A DNA stretch of 64,000 bases from Antedon mediterranea (Eukaryota; Animalia; Echinodermata), in contig NC_092678.1 of assembly GCF_964355755.1 (NCBI RefSeq), positions 9,502,422 through 9,566,421 of the forward strand. The letters run 5' to 3'. A program made the translations under genes and the position numbers. Every line of letters begins with the position of its first letter. Within the stretch, counting starts at the first letter, position 1. Of this stretch, positions 50,501 through 64,000 are shown piece after piece. The notes under the pieces were generated by a model that had not been told where the DNA came from, ran no database searches, and saw only the letters and a program-made list of their open reading frames with translations.

Positions 50501-53500
50501 CAACTGTCTTTTGACTAAACAATTCACTGATTATTCTACTATGTATTTGCAGTTTAAATTATCTAAACTGTTACTGAATAATAAACGGTCTTTTGACTAG
50601 ACAATTCACTGATTATTCTACTATTTACACACAGTTTAAATTCCCTAAACTGTTACTGACTAATCAACTGTCTTTTGACTAAACAATTCACTGATTATTC
50701 TACTATGTATTTGCAGTTTAAATTATCTAAACTGTTACTGAATAATAAACGGTCTTTTGACTAGACAATTCACTGATTATTCTACTATTTACACACAGTT
50801 TAAATTCCCTAAACTGTTACTGACTAATCAACTGTCTTTTGACTAAACAATTCACTGATTATTCTACTATGTATTTGCAGTTTAAATTATCTAAACTGTT
50901 ACTGAATAATCAACTGTATTTTGACTAAACAATTCACTGATTATTCTACTATGTATTTGCAGTTTAAATTCTATAAACTGTTACTGAATAATAAACAGTC
51001 TTTTGACTAAACAATTCACTGATTATTCTACTATGTATTTACAGTTTAAATTCTCTAAACTGTTACTGAATAATCAACTGTCTTTTGACTAGACAATTCA
51101 CTGATTATTCTACTATGTATTTGCAGTTTAAATTATCTAAACTGTTACTGACTAATCAACTACATTTTGACTAGACAATTCACTGATTATTCTACTATGT
51201 ATTTGCAGTTTAAATTATCTAAACTGTTACTGAATAATCAACTGTCTTTTGACTAGACAATTCACTGATTATTCTATGTGTTTGCAGTTTAAATTCTCTA
51301 AACTGTTACTGAATAATCAACTGTCTTTTGACTAAAAAATTCACTGATTATTCTACTATGTATTTGCAGTTTAAATTCTCTAAACTGTTACTGAATAATC
51401 AACTGTCTTTTGACTAAAAAATTCACTGATTATTCTACTATGTATTTGCAGTTTAAATTCTCTAAACTGTTACTGAATAATCAACTGTCTTTTGACTAAA
51501 AAATTCACTGATTATTCTACTATGTATTTGCAGTTTAAATTCTCTAAACTGTTACTGAATAATCAACTGTATTTTGACTAGACAATTCATTGATTATTGT
51601 ACTATTTACACACAGTTTAAATTATCTAAACTGTTACTGACTAATCAACTACTTTTGACTAGACAATTCACTGATTATTCTACTATGTATTTGCAGTTTA
51701 AATTATCTAAACTGTTACTGACTAATCAACTACTTTTGACTAGACAATTCACTTATTATTCTACTATGTATTTGCAGTTTAAATTATCTAAACTGTTACT
51801 GACTAATCAACTACTTTTGACTAGACAATTCACTGATTATTCTACTATGTATTTGCAGTTTAAATTATCTAAACTGTTACTGACTAATCAACTACATTTC
51901 GACTAGACAATTCACTGATTATTCTACTATGTATTTGCAGTTTAAATTATCTAAACTGTTACTGACTAATCAACTACATTTTGACTAGACAATTCACTGA
52001 TTATTCTACTATGTATTTGCAGTTTAAATTCTCTAAACTGTTACTGACTAATCAACTACATTTTGACTAAACAATTCACTGATTATTCTAATATGTATTT
52101 GCAGTTTAAATTCTCTAAACTGTTAAGTGTTACTGAATAATCAACTGTCTTTTGACTAAAAAATTCACTGATTATTCTACTATGTATTTGCAGTTTAAAT
52201 TCTCTAAACTGTTACTGAATAATAAACGGTCTTTTGACTAGACAATTCATTGATTATTGTACTATTTAGACACAGTTTAAATTCTCTAAACTGTTACTGA
52301 CTAATCAACTGCCTTTTGACTAGACAATTCACTGATTATTCTACTATGTATTTGCAGTTTAAATTATCTAAACTGTTACTGAATAATAAACGGTCTTTTG
52401 ACTAGACAATTCACTGATTATTCTACTATTTACACACAGTTTAAATTCCCTAAACTGTTACTGACTAATCAACTACATTTTGACTAGACAATTCACTGAT
52501 TATTCTACTATGTATTTGCAGTTTAAATTATCTAAACTGTTACTGACTAATCAACTACATTTTGACTAGACAATTCACTGATTATTCTACTATGTATTTG
52601 CAGTTTAAATTCTCTAAACTGTTACTGAATAATCAACTGTATTTTGACTAGACAATTCATTGATTATTGTACTATTTACACACAGTTTAAATTATCTAAA
52701 CTGTTACTGACTAATCAACTACTTTTGACTAGACAATTCACTGATTATTCTACTATGTATTTGCAGTTTAAATTCTCTAAACTGTTACTGAATAATCAAC
52801 TGTATTTTGACTAGACAATTCATTGATTATTGTACTATTTACACACAGTTTAAATTATCTAAACTGTTACTGACTAATCAACTACTTTTGACTAGACAAT
52901 TCACTGATTATTCTACTATGTATTTGCAGTTTAAATTATCTAAACTGTTACTGACTAATCAACTACTTTTGACTAGACAATTCACTGATTATTCTACTAT
53001 GTATTTGCAGTTTAAATTATCTAAACTGTTACTGACTAATCAACTACATTTCGACTAGACAATTCACTGATTATTCTACTATGTATTTGCAGTTTAAATT
53101 ATCTAAACTGTTACTGACTAATCAACTACTTTTGACTAAACAATTCACTGATTATTCTACTATGTATTTGCAGTTTAAATTCTCTAAACTGTTACTGACT
53201 AATCAACTACATTTCGACTAGACAATTCACTGATTATTCTACTATGTATTTGCAGTTTAAATTATCTAAACTGTTACTGATTAATCAACTACATTTCGAC
53301 TAGACAATTCACTGATTATTCTACTATGTATTTGCAGTTTAAATTATCTAAACTGTTACTGACTAATCAACTACATTTTGACTAGACAATTCACTGATTA
53401 TTCTACTATGTATTTGCAGTTTAAATTCTCTAAACTGTTACTGAATAATAAACGGTCTTTTGACTAAACAATTCACTGATTATTCTACTATGTATTTGCA

Positions 53501-56112
53501 GTTTAAATTCTCTAAACTGTTACTGACTAATCAACTGCCTTTTGACTAGACAATTCACTGATTATTCTACTATGTATTTACAGTTTAAATTCTCTAAACT
53601 GTTACTGACTAATCAACTACATTTTGACTAAACAATTCACTGATTATTCTACTATGTATTTGCAGTTTAAATTATCTAAACTGTTACTGACTAATCAACT
53701 ACTTTTGACTAGACAATTCACTGATTATTCTACTATGTATTTACAGTTTAAATTCCCTAAACTGTTACTGAATAATCAACTACATTTTGACTAAAAAATT
53801 CACTGATTATTATACTATGTATTTGCAGTTTAAATTCTCTAAACTGTTACTGAATAATCAACTGTATTTTGACTAGACAATTCATTGATTATTGTACTAT
53901 TTAGACACAGTTTAAATTATCTAAACTGTTACTGACTAATCAACTGCCTTTTGACTAAACAATTCACTGATTATTCTACTATGTATTTGCAGTTTAAATT
54001 CTCTAAACTGTTACTGAATAATCAACTGCCTTTTGACTAAACAATTCACTGATTATTCTACTATGTATTTGCAGTTTAAATTCTCCAAACTGTTACTGAC
54101 TAATCAACTACATTTCGACTAGACAATTCACTGATTATTCTACTATTTGCAGTTTAAATTATCTAAACTGTTACTGACTAATCAACTACTTTTGACTAGA
54201 CAATTCACTGATTATTCTACTATGTATTTGCAGTTTAAATTCTCTAAACTGTTACTGACTAATCAACTACTTTTGACTAGACAATTCACTGATTATTCTA
54301 CTATGTATTTGCAGTTTAAATTATCTAAACTGTTACTGACTAATCAACTACATTTCGACTAGACAATTCACTGATTATTCTAATATGTATTTGCAGTTTA
54401 AATTCTCTAAACTGTTACTGAATAATCAACTGTATTTCGACTAAACAATTCATTGATTATTGTACTATTTACCAACAGTTTAAATTATCTAAACTGTTAC
54501 TGAATAATCAACTGTCTTTTGACTAAAAAATTCACTTATTATTCTACTATGTATTTGCAGTTTAAATTCTCTAAACTGTTACTGAATAATCAACTGTATT
54601 TTGACTAGACAATTCATTGATTATTGTACTATTTACACACAGTTTAAATTATCTAAACTGTTACTGACTAATCAACTACTTTTGACTAGACAATTCACTG
54701 ATTATTCTACTATGTATTTGCAGTTTAAATTATCTAAACTGTTACTGATTAATCAACTACATTTCGACTAGACAATTCACTGATTATTCTACTATGTATT
54801 TGCAGTTTAAATTATCTAAACTGTTACTGATTAATCAACTACATTTCGACTAGACAATTCACTGATTATTCTACTATGTATTTGCAGTTTAAATTATCTA
54901 AACTGTTACTGATTAATCAACTACATTTCGACTAGACAATTCACTGATTATTCTACTATGTATTTGCAGTTTAAATTATCTAAACTGTTACTGACTAATC
55001 AACTACTTTTGACTAGACAATTCACTGATTATTCTACTATGTATTTGCAGTTTAAATTCTCTAAACTGTTACTGAATAATCAACTACTTTTGACTAGACA
55101 ATTCACTGATTATTCTACTATGTATTTGCAGTTTAAATTCTCTAAACTGTTACTGAATAATCAACTGTCTTTTGACTAGACAATTCACTTATTATTCTAC
55201 TATTTACACACAGTTTAAATTATCTAAACTGTTACTGACTAATCAACTACATTTTGATTAAACAATTTACTGATTATTCTACTATGTATTTGCAGTTTAA
55301 ATTATCTAAACTTTTACTGACTAATCAACTACTTTTGACTAGACAATTCACTGATTATTCTACTATGTATTTGCAGTTTAAATTATCTAAACTGTTACTG
55401 ACTAATCAACTACTTTTGACTAGACAATTAACTGATTATTCTACTATGTATTTGCAGTTTAAATTCTCTAAACTGTTACTCAATAATCAACTGTCTTTTG
55501 ACTAGACAATTCACTGATTATTCTACTATGTATTTGCAGTTTAAATTATCTAAACTGTTACTGATTAATCAACTACATTTCGACTAGACAATTCACTGAT
55601 TATTCTACTATTTACACACAGTTTAAATTCTCTAAACTGTTCCTGAATAATCAACTGTATTTTGACTAAACAATTCACTGATTATTCTACTATGTATTTG
55701 CAGTTTAAATTCTCTAAACTGTTACTGATTAATCAACTACATTTCGACTAGACAATTCACTGATTATTCTACTATGTATTTACAGTTTAAATTCTCTAAA
55801 CTGTTACTGACTAATCAACTACATTTTGAATAAACAATTCACTGATTATTCTAATATGTATTTGCAGTTTAAATTATCTAAACTGTTACTGATTAATCAA
55901 CTACATTTCGACTAGACAATTCACTGATTATTCTACTATGTATTTGCAGTTTAAATTATCTAAACTGTTACTGATTAATCAACTACATTTCGACTAGACA
56001 ATTCACTGATTATTCTACTATGTATTTGCAGTTTAAATTATCTAAACTGTTACTGACTAATCAACTACATTTTGACTAGACAATTCACTGATTATTCTAC
56101 TATGTATTTGCA
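47535..56112. repeat. 81/82-bp satellite (~105 units, 8.6 kb) at the 3' end of YR copy 2
   Basis: Unit CTAAACTGTTACTGACTAATCAACTACTTTTGACTAGACAATTCACTGATTATTCTACTATGTATTTGCAGTTTAAATTAT. The 27-aa periodic ORFs are artefacts of the 81-bp variant. Confidence 0.97.
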
Positions 56113-59100
56113 AATCTTCATAGTTCTATAGAAAACTTGCAATGCTTTTAAATAATTTCTTGCTACTGCATGCCACTGAAATTAAAAACATAAACCTACC
56201 TTTGGATGGATCCTCCTCATTTTGTCATATAACTGTTGAAATTCATAGTAATGGAGAACTGGATTTTTGTTATAGACTTCTCTTGCCTACAAAAAAAAAT
56301 AAAAATTGTATTTAATAATGTGATGGTGATTATTACAATTAAATAGATAATACATAAACATTAAACATACTGTTCTTTTTGGCACATGACCCTCTTCTAT
56401 TTGTCTGCCAAACAATTTAAATACAGCGTCCATAACGTCTTGGTTGTCGAATTTCGACTTTGGGCCATGTTTGCTTAGAGGATGGCTTACAGACTAGTTA
56501 TATTGAAAGTAGAAAAATAATAAAGTCAAATTAATAGGTGAAATAAGTTTTACAGAAAATGTACTTTAAGTATTTCAAATGAGAATTGTATTGATGTTTT
56601 AGATAACAATAATAATGACAATAATACCAGGAGTAATTAAAGTGCTTGTAAGATTATCTGGTGGATGATGTTAATATGAAATTGTATGCCACATATGGAT
56701 TTGATTATGGGTGATTAGCATAGATTAAATTAAAATAAAATAAACACATTCTATAAACTCAGTACTACACAAAACTAAAAATGCATGCAGTTATTTGGTG
56801 GTTGATGTTAAAATAAAAGTGTATGCCACATCAGGATTTGAACCCGAGACAAGAGTGTCGATGCTCTACCAGCTGAGCTATGATAGCATCCTATAAAAGA
56901 AATAGATTTTAGTGATTAGCATGGATTAACACATTCTATAAACCACTAAACAAACAAAAAACGTGCATGCAGTTATCTGGTGGATGATGTTAATATGAAA
57001 GTGTATGGCACATCAGGATTTGAACCCGAGACCAGAGTGCCGATGCTCTACAAGCTGAGCTATGATAGCATCCTATAAAAGAAATAGATTTTAGTGATTA
57101 GCATGGATCAACACATTCTATAAACCACTAAACAAACAAAAAACGTGCATGCAGTTATCTGGTGGATGATGTTAATATGAAGGTGTATGCCACATCAGGA
57201 TTTGAATCTGAAAAATTAGCATAGATTAAACTAAAATAAAACAAACACACAAACACATTCTATAAACTACTAAACAAATAAACATGCATGCAGTTATCTG
57301 GTGGATGATGTGAGATATGAAAGTGTATGCCATATCAGGATTTGAATCTGAAAAATTAGTATAGATTAAATAAAAAAAAAAGCACAAACACATTCTATAA
57401 ACTACTAAGCTACCAACTGAGCTATGATAGCATTCTATAACAGAAGAAGATGTTGATATTTAGTATGGAAAAATCATTCTGAAAACTACTACATTTAAAC
57501 AATATACAACTGCAAAGTGAGGATTTGAACAATTACTTTAGAAACTACAGAAGTTATCTTGGGGAGGCCTCAAATTAGTTTGTATAAATAAATTAACTAA
57601 GCATACAAACTAGAGAATACAAAGAGTAATGTGCAAATTTAAAAAGTAAACATTTTCCTGTTTTTTTGAGATACCAAGACCTGATAAAAACAGTTAAAGA
57701 ATGTCCATACAAGTACAAGGGACATTTTGCTGACCTGAAATAAAAACTAATTAAACAAGTACAGTAAAGCCAAATATACCAGGAAACTTTGCTGACCTGG
57801 TAAAAACATTAGTGCAATATATTGGGAGACTCAAAATCCTACCATCACCCAAGGAATCATACTGCAGTACTAAAACGATAATGTACAGTACTCATACAAA
57901 TTGTTTAAAAATACTACATCAACGTTGACCATATATTGCAGTACCAATTAAAAAGAGTGTGGACTGGAGTGTGGTCTGGCAATATTAGTTTGATGCTTTA
58001 CAAATGTGTCCTTATTAACAATTATTGAATACTTACAGATGATGGCGCTTCATTCGCATGTGCTTGAGAAATTTCCTGGTGAATGTAAAATAATATTGTA
58101 CATAATACCATTACTTGTTTCATTATTCGTAAAGAGGTATACAAGATAATAATAATGATTACATAGAATTCAGTCCTGTAAATAAATGGACACTGGAAAA
58201 ATATATATTTATGTGAAAATTGTATCTTACCAGCATTTCATCTATGGTGTCCTCCACACTTGAAAATGCAACCTAGAAAAGATATACCTTAAAGTGAAGT
58301 ATGTATTGCATTTGGGATAATAAAAGCTTAATATTAAAATGATTTAAGATGCGAAATTGTGTTCCTTTAATTGGTAGTTATACAGCATTTATAAAACACA
58401 TAAATTATACAGTTTGCATTCTTTTGTTTTTTATATGAAAGTAATGGCCATCCTTACCTGGACATCAGCAGTTTCATTTATATTCTGAAAAAGTGTACAT
58501 AGCACATTAAAAAAAGTAAAGTAAAATTTTAGTTAATAGATGCAATGTTTGTTTTCTTGTTGATTGCTAATTATTAAAGTGTTAGATATATTCTTTATAT
58601 TATGTTATGTTTCAATAAAAAATAAACATCTTTCGGGATACAAACATTTTAGACAGAAATTAAATCTTACCCCACTTCTCCCGAGTTGACGGTTTGCTGC
58701 TATAAGATTGTGGGCTCTTACAGCCGTCTCCCGGGATTGCGTGGCTTTATAGTATGCCTCTTGCGTTGATAATTTGTGGGCCATATGGTCAGCAACCACA
58801 ACTCTTTCCCTTTCGTCGCAGTGACCCCAGGACTGATGAAATTATTTAAAGAGAAGGTAATATGTAATGAATTATTCTACACTTACAAATTGTGTCCCAC
58901 ATAATTCCCAAAACAAAATATAACTGATGGTTTATCACTTGAAAATAATATTTCTCATCTATTGATAGGTTTAAAGCAATAAGTAACAATCACATACTAG
59001 AGTGGCTGCTGCCTTTCTTAAATTGGTGGGATTGATGGGCCTGGTGCTGTGTGTTACTTCCGCCCAGTGGCGGGTCATTTCCTGAGCGCATCTAATTGAT

Positions 59101-62100
59101 GCCCCTGTGCAACTCAGGAACAGGTGGTCGGTTGCCGATTGTATTGGCCTACAGTACTTTATGTAAATCTCTATTAATTCAGCCAGTTCTTCAGTTATCA
59201 CTAAATTTGCTGCACCAAATTTACAAGATGTTTTATGCTTTGAAACCTGCAAAATCACTTACAGTAATGATTATTAACATATAACATATAGACAACATAA
59301 CAAAATTGGTTGCTAAGGATGTTTTATAATTCACAATACTCTTACTGTTCTGTAGCTTACTTCATCGACTTCATCATATTTCTGTAGCTGTTGAACTTAA
59401 ACTGTGTACAACAACCAAAACATGTAAACTGTTAATTCATATATTCAAGAATACATTAAAAAATGTATATTTTACTCACTTTCATAACTGACATGCCATT
59501 TGTGGCTGCTGTTCTTTTATAGTACTGCTCCAATGTAGCATTTGCCAGAACACCAGTCCTACAGCCATTGTTCATGGCCAGAAGTAGCATAATATGAATG
59601 CGGAGGAACCGCTTAGATGGGTTTTCCAAACTCTCCCCGTTCTTTATCGTTTCTGAAAGTTTGATAAACAGTTTTTTTAATAAAAACTAAATTAGGTTGA
59701 GGAACCACTTTAGTACTAAAAATCTGTTGAATCAAACTTATACATCAGTAGATTTGTATATAAAGTGAAGGAGCAAGACCGAAAAAAAACCCCATAAAAT
59801 ATGGATTTCTTACCAATAGCATTTACTAAAAGAAATAGATTTTTATGATCAGCAAAAATTAAAAATAAAATGAAATAAAAGAAATAAACATGTGCATGTC
59901 AGGTGGATGTTAATATTCAGGATTTGATGACTAATTAGTATTGAAAAAAGCATTCTATAAACTACTAAAACAAAATAAAAATGAAAGTGTATGCCAGATC
60001 AGGATTTGAACCGGAGACCTTCGACTAGAGTGCCGATGCTCTACCAGCTGAGCTATGTTAGCATTCTATACAAGAAATAAATTTTAGTGATTAGCATGGA
60101 TTAACACATTCTATAAACTACTAAACAAAAACATGCATGCAGTTATCTGGTGGATGATGTTAATATGAAAGTGTATGCCACATCAGGATTTGAATCTGAG
60201 TGATTAGCATAGATTAAATTAAAATAAAACAAACATACAAACACATTATATAAACTACTAAATAAATAAACATGCATGCAGTTATCTGGTGGATGATGTG
60301 AGATATGAAAGTGTATGCCACATCATGAATTAAATCTGAGTGATTAGCATAGATTAAATTAAAGTAAAATAAACACACAAACACATTCTATAAACTACTA
60401 AACAAATAAACATGCATGCAGTAATCTGGTGGATGATGTGAGATATGAAAGTGTATGCCATATCAGGATTTGAATCTGAAAAATTAGCATAGATTAAACT
60501 AAAATAAAACAAACACACAAACACATTCTATAAACTACTAAACAAATAAACATGCATGCAGTTATCTGGTGGATGATGTGAGATATGAAAGTGTATGTCA
60601 CATCTGAATTTGAAAAATTAGTATAGATTAAATTAAAATAAACAAAAACTGAAACACATTCTATAAACTACTAAACAAATAAACATGCATGCAGTTATCT
60701 GGTGGATGATGTTAGATATGAAAGTGTATGCCACATCAGGATTTGAATCCGAGTGATTAGCATAGATTAAATTAACAAAAATAAACACACAAACACATTC
60801 TATAAAGTACTGAATAAATAAACATGCATGCAGTTATCTGGTGGATGATGTGAGATATGAAAGTGTATGCCACATCAGGATTTGAACCCGAGACCTTCGA
60901 CAAGAGTGCCGATGCTCTACCAGCTGAGCTATGATAGCATTCTATAAAAGAAATAGATTTTAGTGATTAGCATGGATTAACACATTCTATAAACTATTAA
61001 ACAAAAAACATGCATGCAGTTATCTGGTGGATGATGTTAATATGAAAGTGTATGCCACATCAGGATTTGAATCCGAAAAATTAGCATAGATTAAATTAAA
61101 AAAAAACAAACACACAAACACATTCTATAAACTACTAAACAAATAAACATTCATGCAGTTATCTGGTGGATGATGTTAATATGAAAGTGTATGCCACATC
61201 AGGATTTGAATCTGAGTGATTAGCATAGATTAAATTAAAATAAAACAAACATACAAACACATTCTATAAACTACTAAACAAATAAACATTCATGCAGTTA
61301 TCTGGTGGATGATGTTAATATGAAAGTGTATGCCACATCAGATTTGAATCTGAGTGATTAACATAGATTAAATTAAAATAAAACAAACACACAAACACAT
61401 TCTATAAACTACTAAATAAATAAACATGCATGCAGTTATCTGGTGGATGATGTTAGATATGAAAGTGTATGCCACATCAGGATTTGAATCTGAGTGATTA
61501 GCATAGATTAAATTAAAATAAAACAAACATACAAACACATTCTATAAACTACTAAACAAATAAACATGCATGCAGTTATCTGGTGGATGATGTTAATATG
61601 AAAGTGTATGCCACATCAGGATTTGAATCTGAGTGATTAGCATAGATTAAATTAAAATAAAACAAACATACAAACACATTCTATAAACTACTAAACAAAT
61701 AAACATGCATGCAGTTATCTGGTGGATGATGTTAATATGAAAGTGTATGCCACATCAGGATTTGAATCTGAGTGATTAGCATAGATTAAATTAAAATAAA
61801 ATAAACATACAAACACATTCTATAAACTACTAAACAAATAAACATTCATGCAGTTATCTGGTGGATGATGTTAATATGAAAGTGTATGCCACATCAGGAT
61901 TTGAATCTGAGTGATTAGCATAGATTAAATTAAAATAAAACAAACACACAAACACATTCTATAAACTACTAAATAAATAAACATGCATGCAGTTATCTGG
62001 TGGATGATGTTAATATGAAAGTGTATGCCACATCAGGATTTGAACCCGAGACCTTCGACAAGAGTGCCGATGCTCTACCAGCTGAGCTATGATAGCATTC

Positions 62101-63947
62101 TATAAAAGAAATAGATTTTAGTGATTAGCATGGATTAACACATTCTATAAACTACTAAACAAATAAACATGCATGCAGTTATCTGGTGGATGATGTTAAT
62201 ATGAAAGTGTATGCCACATCAGGATTTGAATCTGAGTGATTAGCATAGATTAAATTAAAGTAAAATAAACACACAAACACATTCTATAAACTACTAAACA
62301 AAAAAAAAACATGCATGCAGTTATCTGGTGGATGATGTTAATATGAAAGTGTATGCCACATCAGGATTTGAACCTGAGACTTTCAACAAGAGTGCCGATG
62401 CTCTACCAGCTGAGCTATGATAGTATTCTATAAAAGAAATAGATTTTAGTGATTAGCATGGATTAACACATTCTATAAACCACTAAAACAAAATATTAAA
62501 AATTAAATACACAGTTATTGAGTGGATGATGTATGACACATCAGGATTTGAACTAGATGTAAATGTTCAGAAATAAGGTTATTTATTTATTATAAAATTA
62601 TGTGTGAATATTTTTGCCTTTAAAATAGTTTACTTTTCCCATTCTCCTAGTTTAATTTAATAAAATTAAAATTGCCAATCATCCAATGCCTGAAATAAAA
62701 GGTAACATACTACATTTTTATATATCAATAGTAAAAGTAAAAGGATAGCCAGCCAGACAACCATAATAATATTGTGCAAGAATGCACCCAGATAGATTAA
62801 GGGTACTTGGAAATCAATTAACTACTACTGTACTTAGTTTAGTAAAAGGATTTTGATCATTTACATAGTGACCTTGTCCTGGTAAATACAGGTGAACCTT
62901 AGAACAATATCATAATTAACATTTTACCTATACCTAATTACCTTTACTAACACAATGACTAAATAAGCTAGGATTAAGGTTAGTTTTAGTTATTTCTCCT
63001 AGTTTCTCCTAGTCTTTACCTAATAACATACAATATGATAAATCTTATGATTATCAATACATTTTATGGATAAAGAAATAATATAAAAAACATACCAACT
63101 ATGCTTTTAATTGTTTTCTCAGATTTTCTGAGATAATGGGATTGTTCGTCCGCCGAAACTAGATCACCTTAAAAGAAAATTAAAACATATTATTATTATT
63201 ATTTCAATTTAAATAATATGACTTTCAAACATTTGATGAAAAGAAAAACTTTAATTCAGTAGATGTTACCTTCAATTTCTTCGTGCTTTTTGGCCTTCTC
63301 TTCAGAAATGCGTTTTCTGAGAGCTTTGCTCAGGCCTTTGCATGCATCTTTGCACTTGTATATTTCGGCAAGCGAAACAGATTTAGATTCGTATATTGAA
63401 ATGTAGTCCAATATTTTCACAAAGGAGCACAGGTAGTGTCTTAACGTGGAGCCAGCAAGCTTCAATTGTAAATGGCTAACAGCACTAAACAATTATTTTT
63501 AAAAAAATGAAAAGAAGAGTACAATACACAAAAATCAAATATTAAAATATGTAATATCTTCATTATAGTAATTAGGATCGAGTGATTCATGGTAACTTCA
63601 CATGGTTTAAAATTCAATTCAAATTCAACTTAACATTTATTTCTTCCTTCAAGAAAATGAAGGTAGCAGGCAATAATACATTATACTCACAATCTATAGC
63701 TGACATTTAAGAAAACTTTTTATTTTAATGCTAAATGAAATTTAAATTGTTTGGCTTCTTCCTTTTTCTATTAATATAATTGTAATAAAAAAATGTTACG
63801 TCTTTAATATCTTTGGAGAATATCCCTTCTCCCCTGCTTCACTCCAAATTCCCTCTATCCCCTTTATGACCTGTGCTGCATGCTTTGCCGGTATTTTTAA
63901 AGTTTCTAACATGTAGGCCTTGAACCGGCTCATTGTTGTAGATGGCT
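56092..63947 (-). CDS. Intron-containing tyrosine recombinase gene, copy 2 (includes the 3' exons; continues beyond the window end)
   Basis: Exons 63947-63800, 63484-63270, 63167-63096, 59652-59480, 59246-58998, 58832-58671, 58484-58458, 58272-58231 and 58075-58037, then uncertain micro-exons. Next come 56493-56371 (SKFDNQDVMDAVFKLFGRQIEEGHVPKRT) and 56286-56200 (AREVYNKNPVLHYYEFQQLYDKMRRIHPK). Stop at 56182 or 56092. Confidence 0.85.
56640..57480 (-). repeat. tRNA-derived intronic satellite, array 4
   Basis: Same family. The long units here carry a deletion in the variable loop/anticodon arm. Confidence 0.85.
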
Positions 63948-64000
63948 CTATAGAAGTTAAAAAGACTTTAATGACATTAAAAATAAGTCCATTCTTGGAA
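58128..64000 (+). repeat. Segmental direct repeat of window positions 1-~6640 (offset 58127)
   Basis: Position 1 CGTAAAGAGG recurs at 58128. Exons and introns are colinear and highly similar. Confidence 0.97.
59950..62560 (-). repeat. tRNA-derived intronic satellite, array 5 (orthologous to array 1)
   Basis: Same units, with a different number and order than in copy 1. Confidence 0.9.

Noticed and set aside
47535-56112. CRISPR array or 27-aa repeat protein
   Set aside because: There are no unique spacers and no cas genes. The ORFs break wherever 82-bp units occur.

Overview
AT-rich, repeat-dominated eukaryotic (invertebrate-animal-like) DNA, with no prokaryotic genes. The window holds two copies, about 58.1 kb apart, of a spliced minus-strand gene that the ORF track shows only in pieces. 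Joining exons gives an acidic tract, two C2H2-like zinc fingers, a tyrosine recombinase core (GCRTG..HKT..NLRK..MAH..YY) and a C-terminal helical domain, i.e. a Crypton-like (possibly CryptonV-type) YR gene. Its introns carry a tRNA-derived satellite. A 13-kb (CT)n-GCTGATCTAT satellite lies between the copies. It is bounded exactly by 14-15-bp inverted arms with a shared CCTC core, which suggests giant (~45 kb) YR elements inserted site-specifically and in tandem into that satellite. The interior holds a degenerate transposon-type gene with very short introns and a PIF/Harbinger-like TIR element carrying Gypsy and LINE debris. A very young, intact BEL/Pao LTR retrotransposon is nested inside that element. 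There are also ~44-bp and 81/82-bp satellites and several LINE fragments. Exon coordinates were derived by eye from GT-AG sites and phase; family names rest on motif recognition, not database searches.
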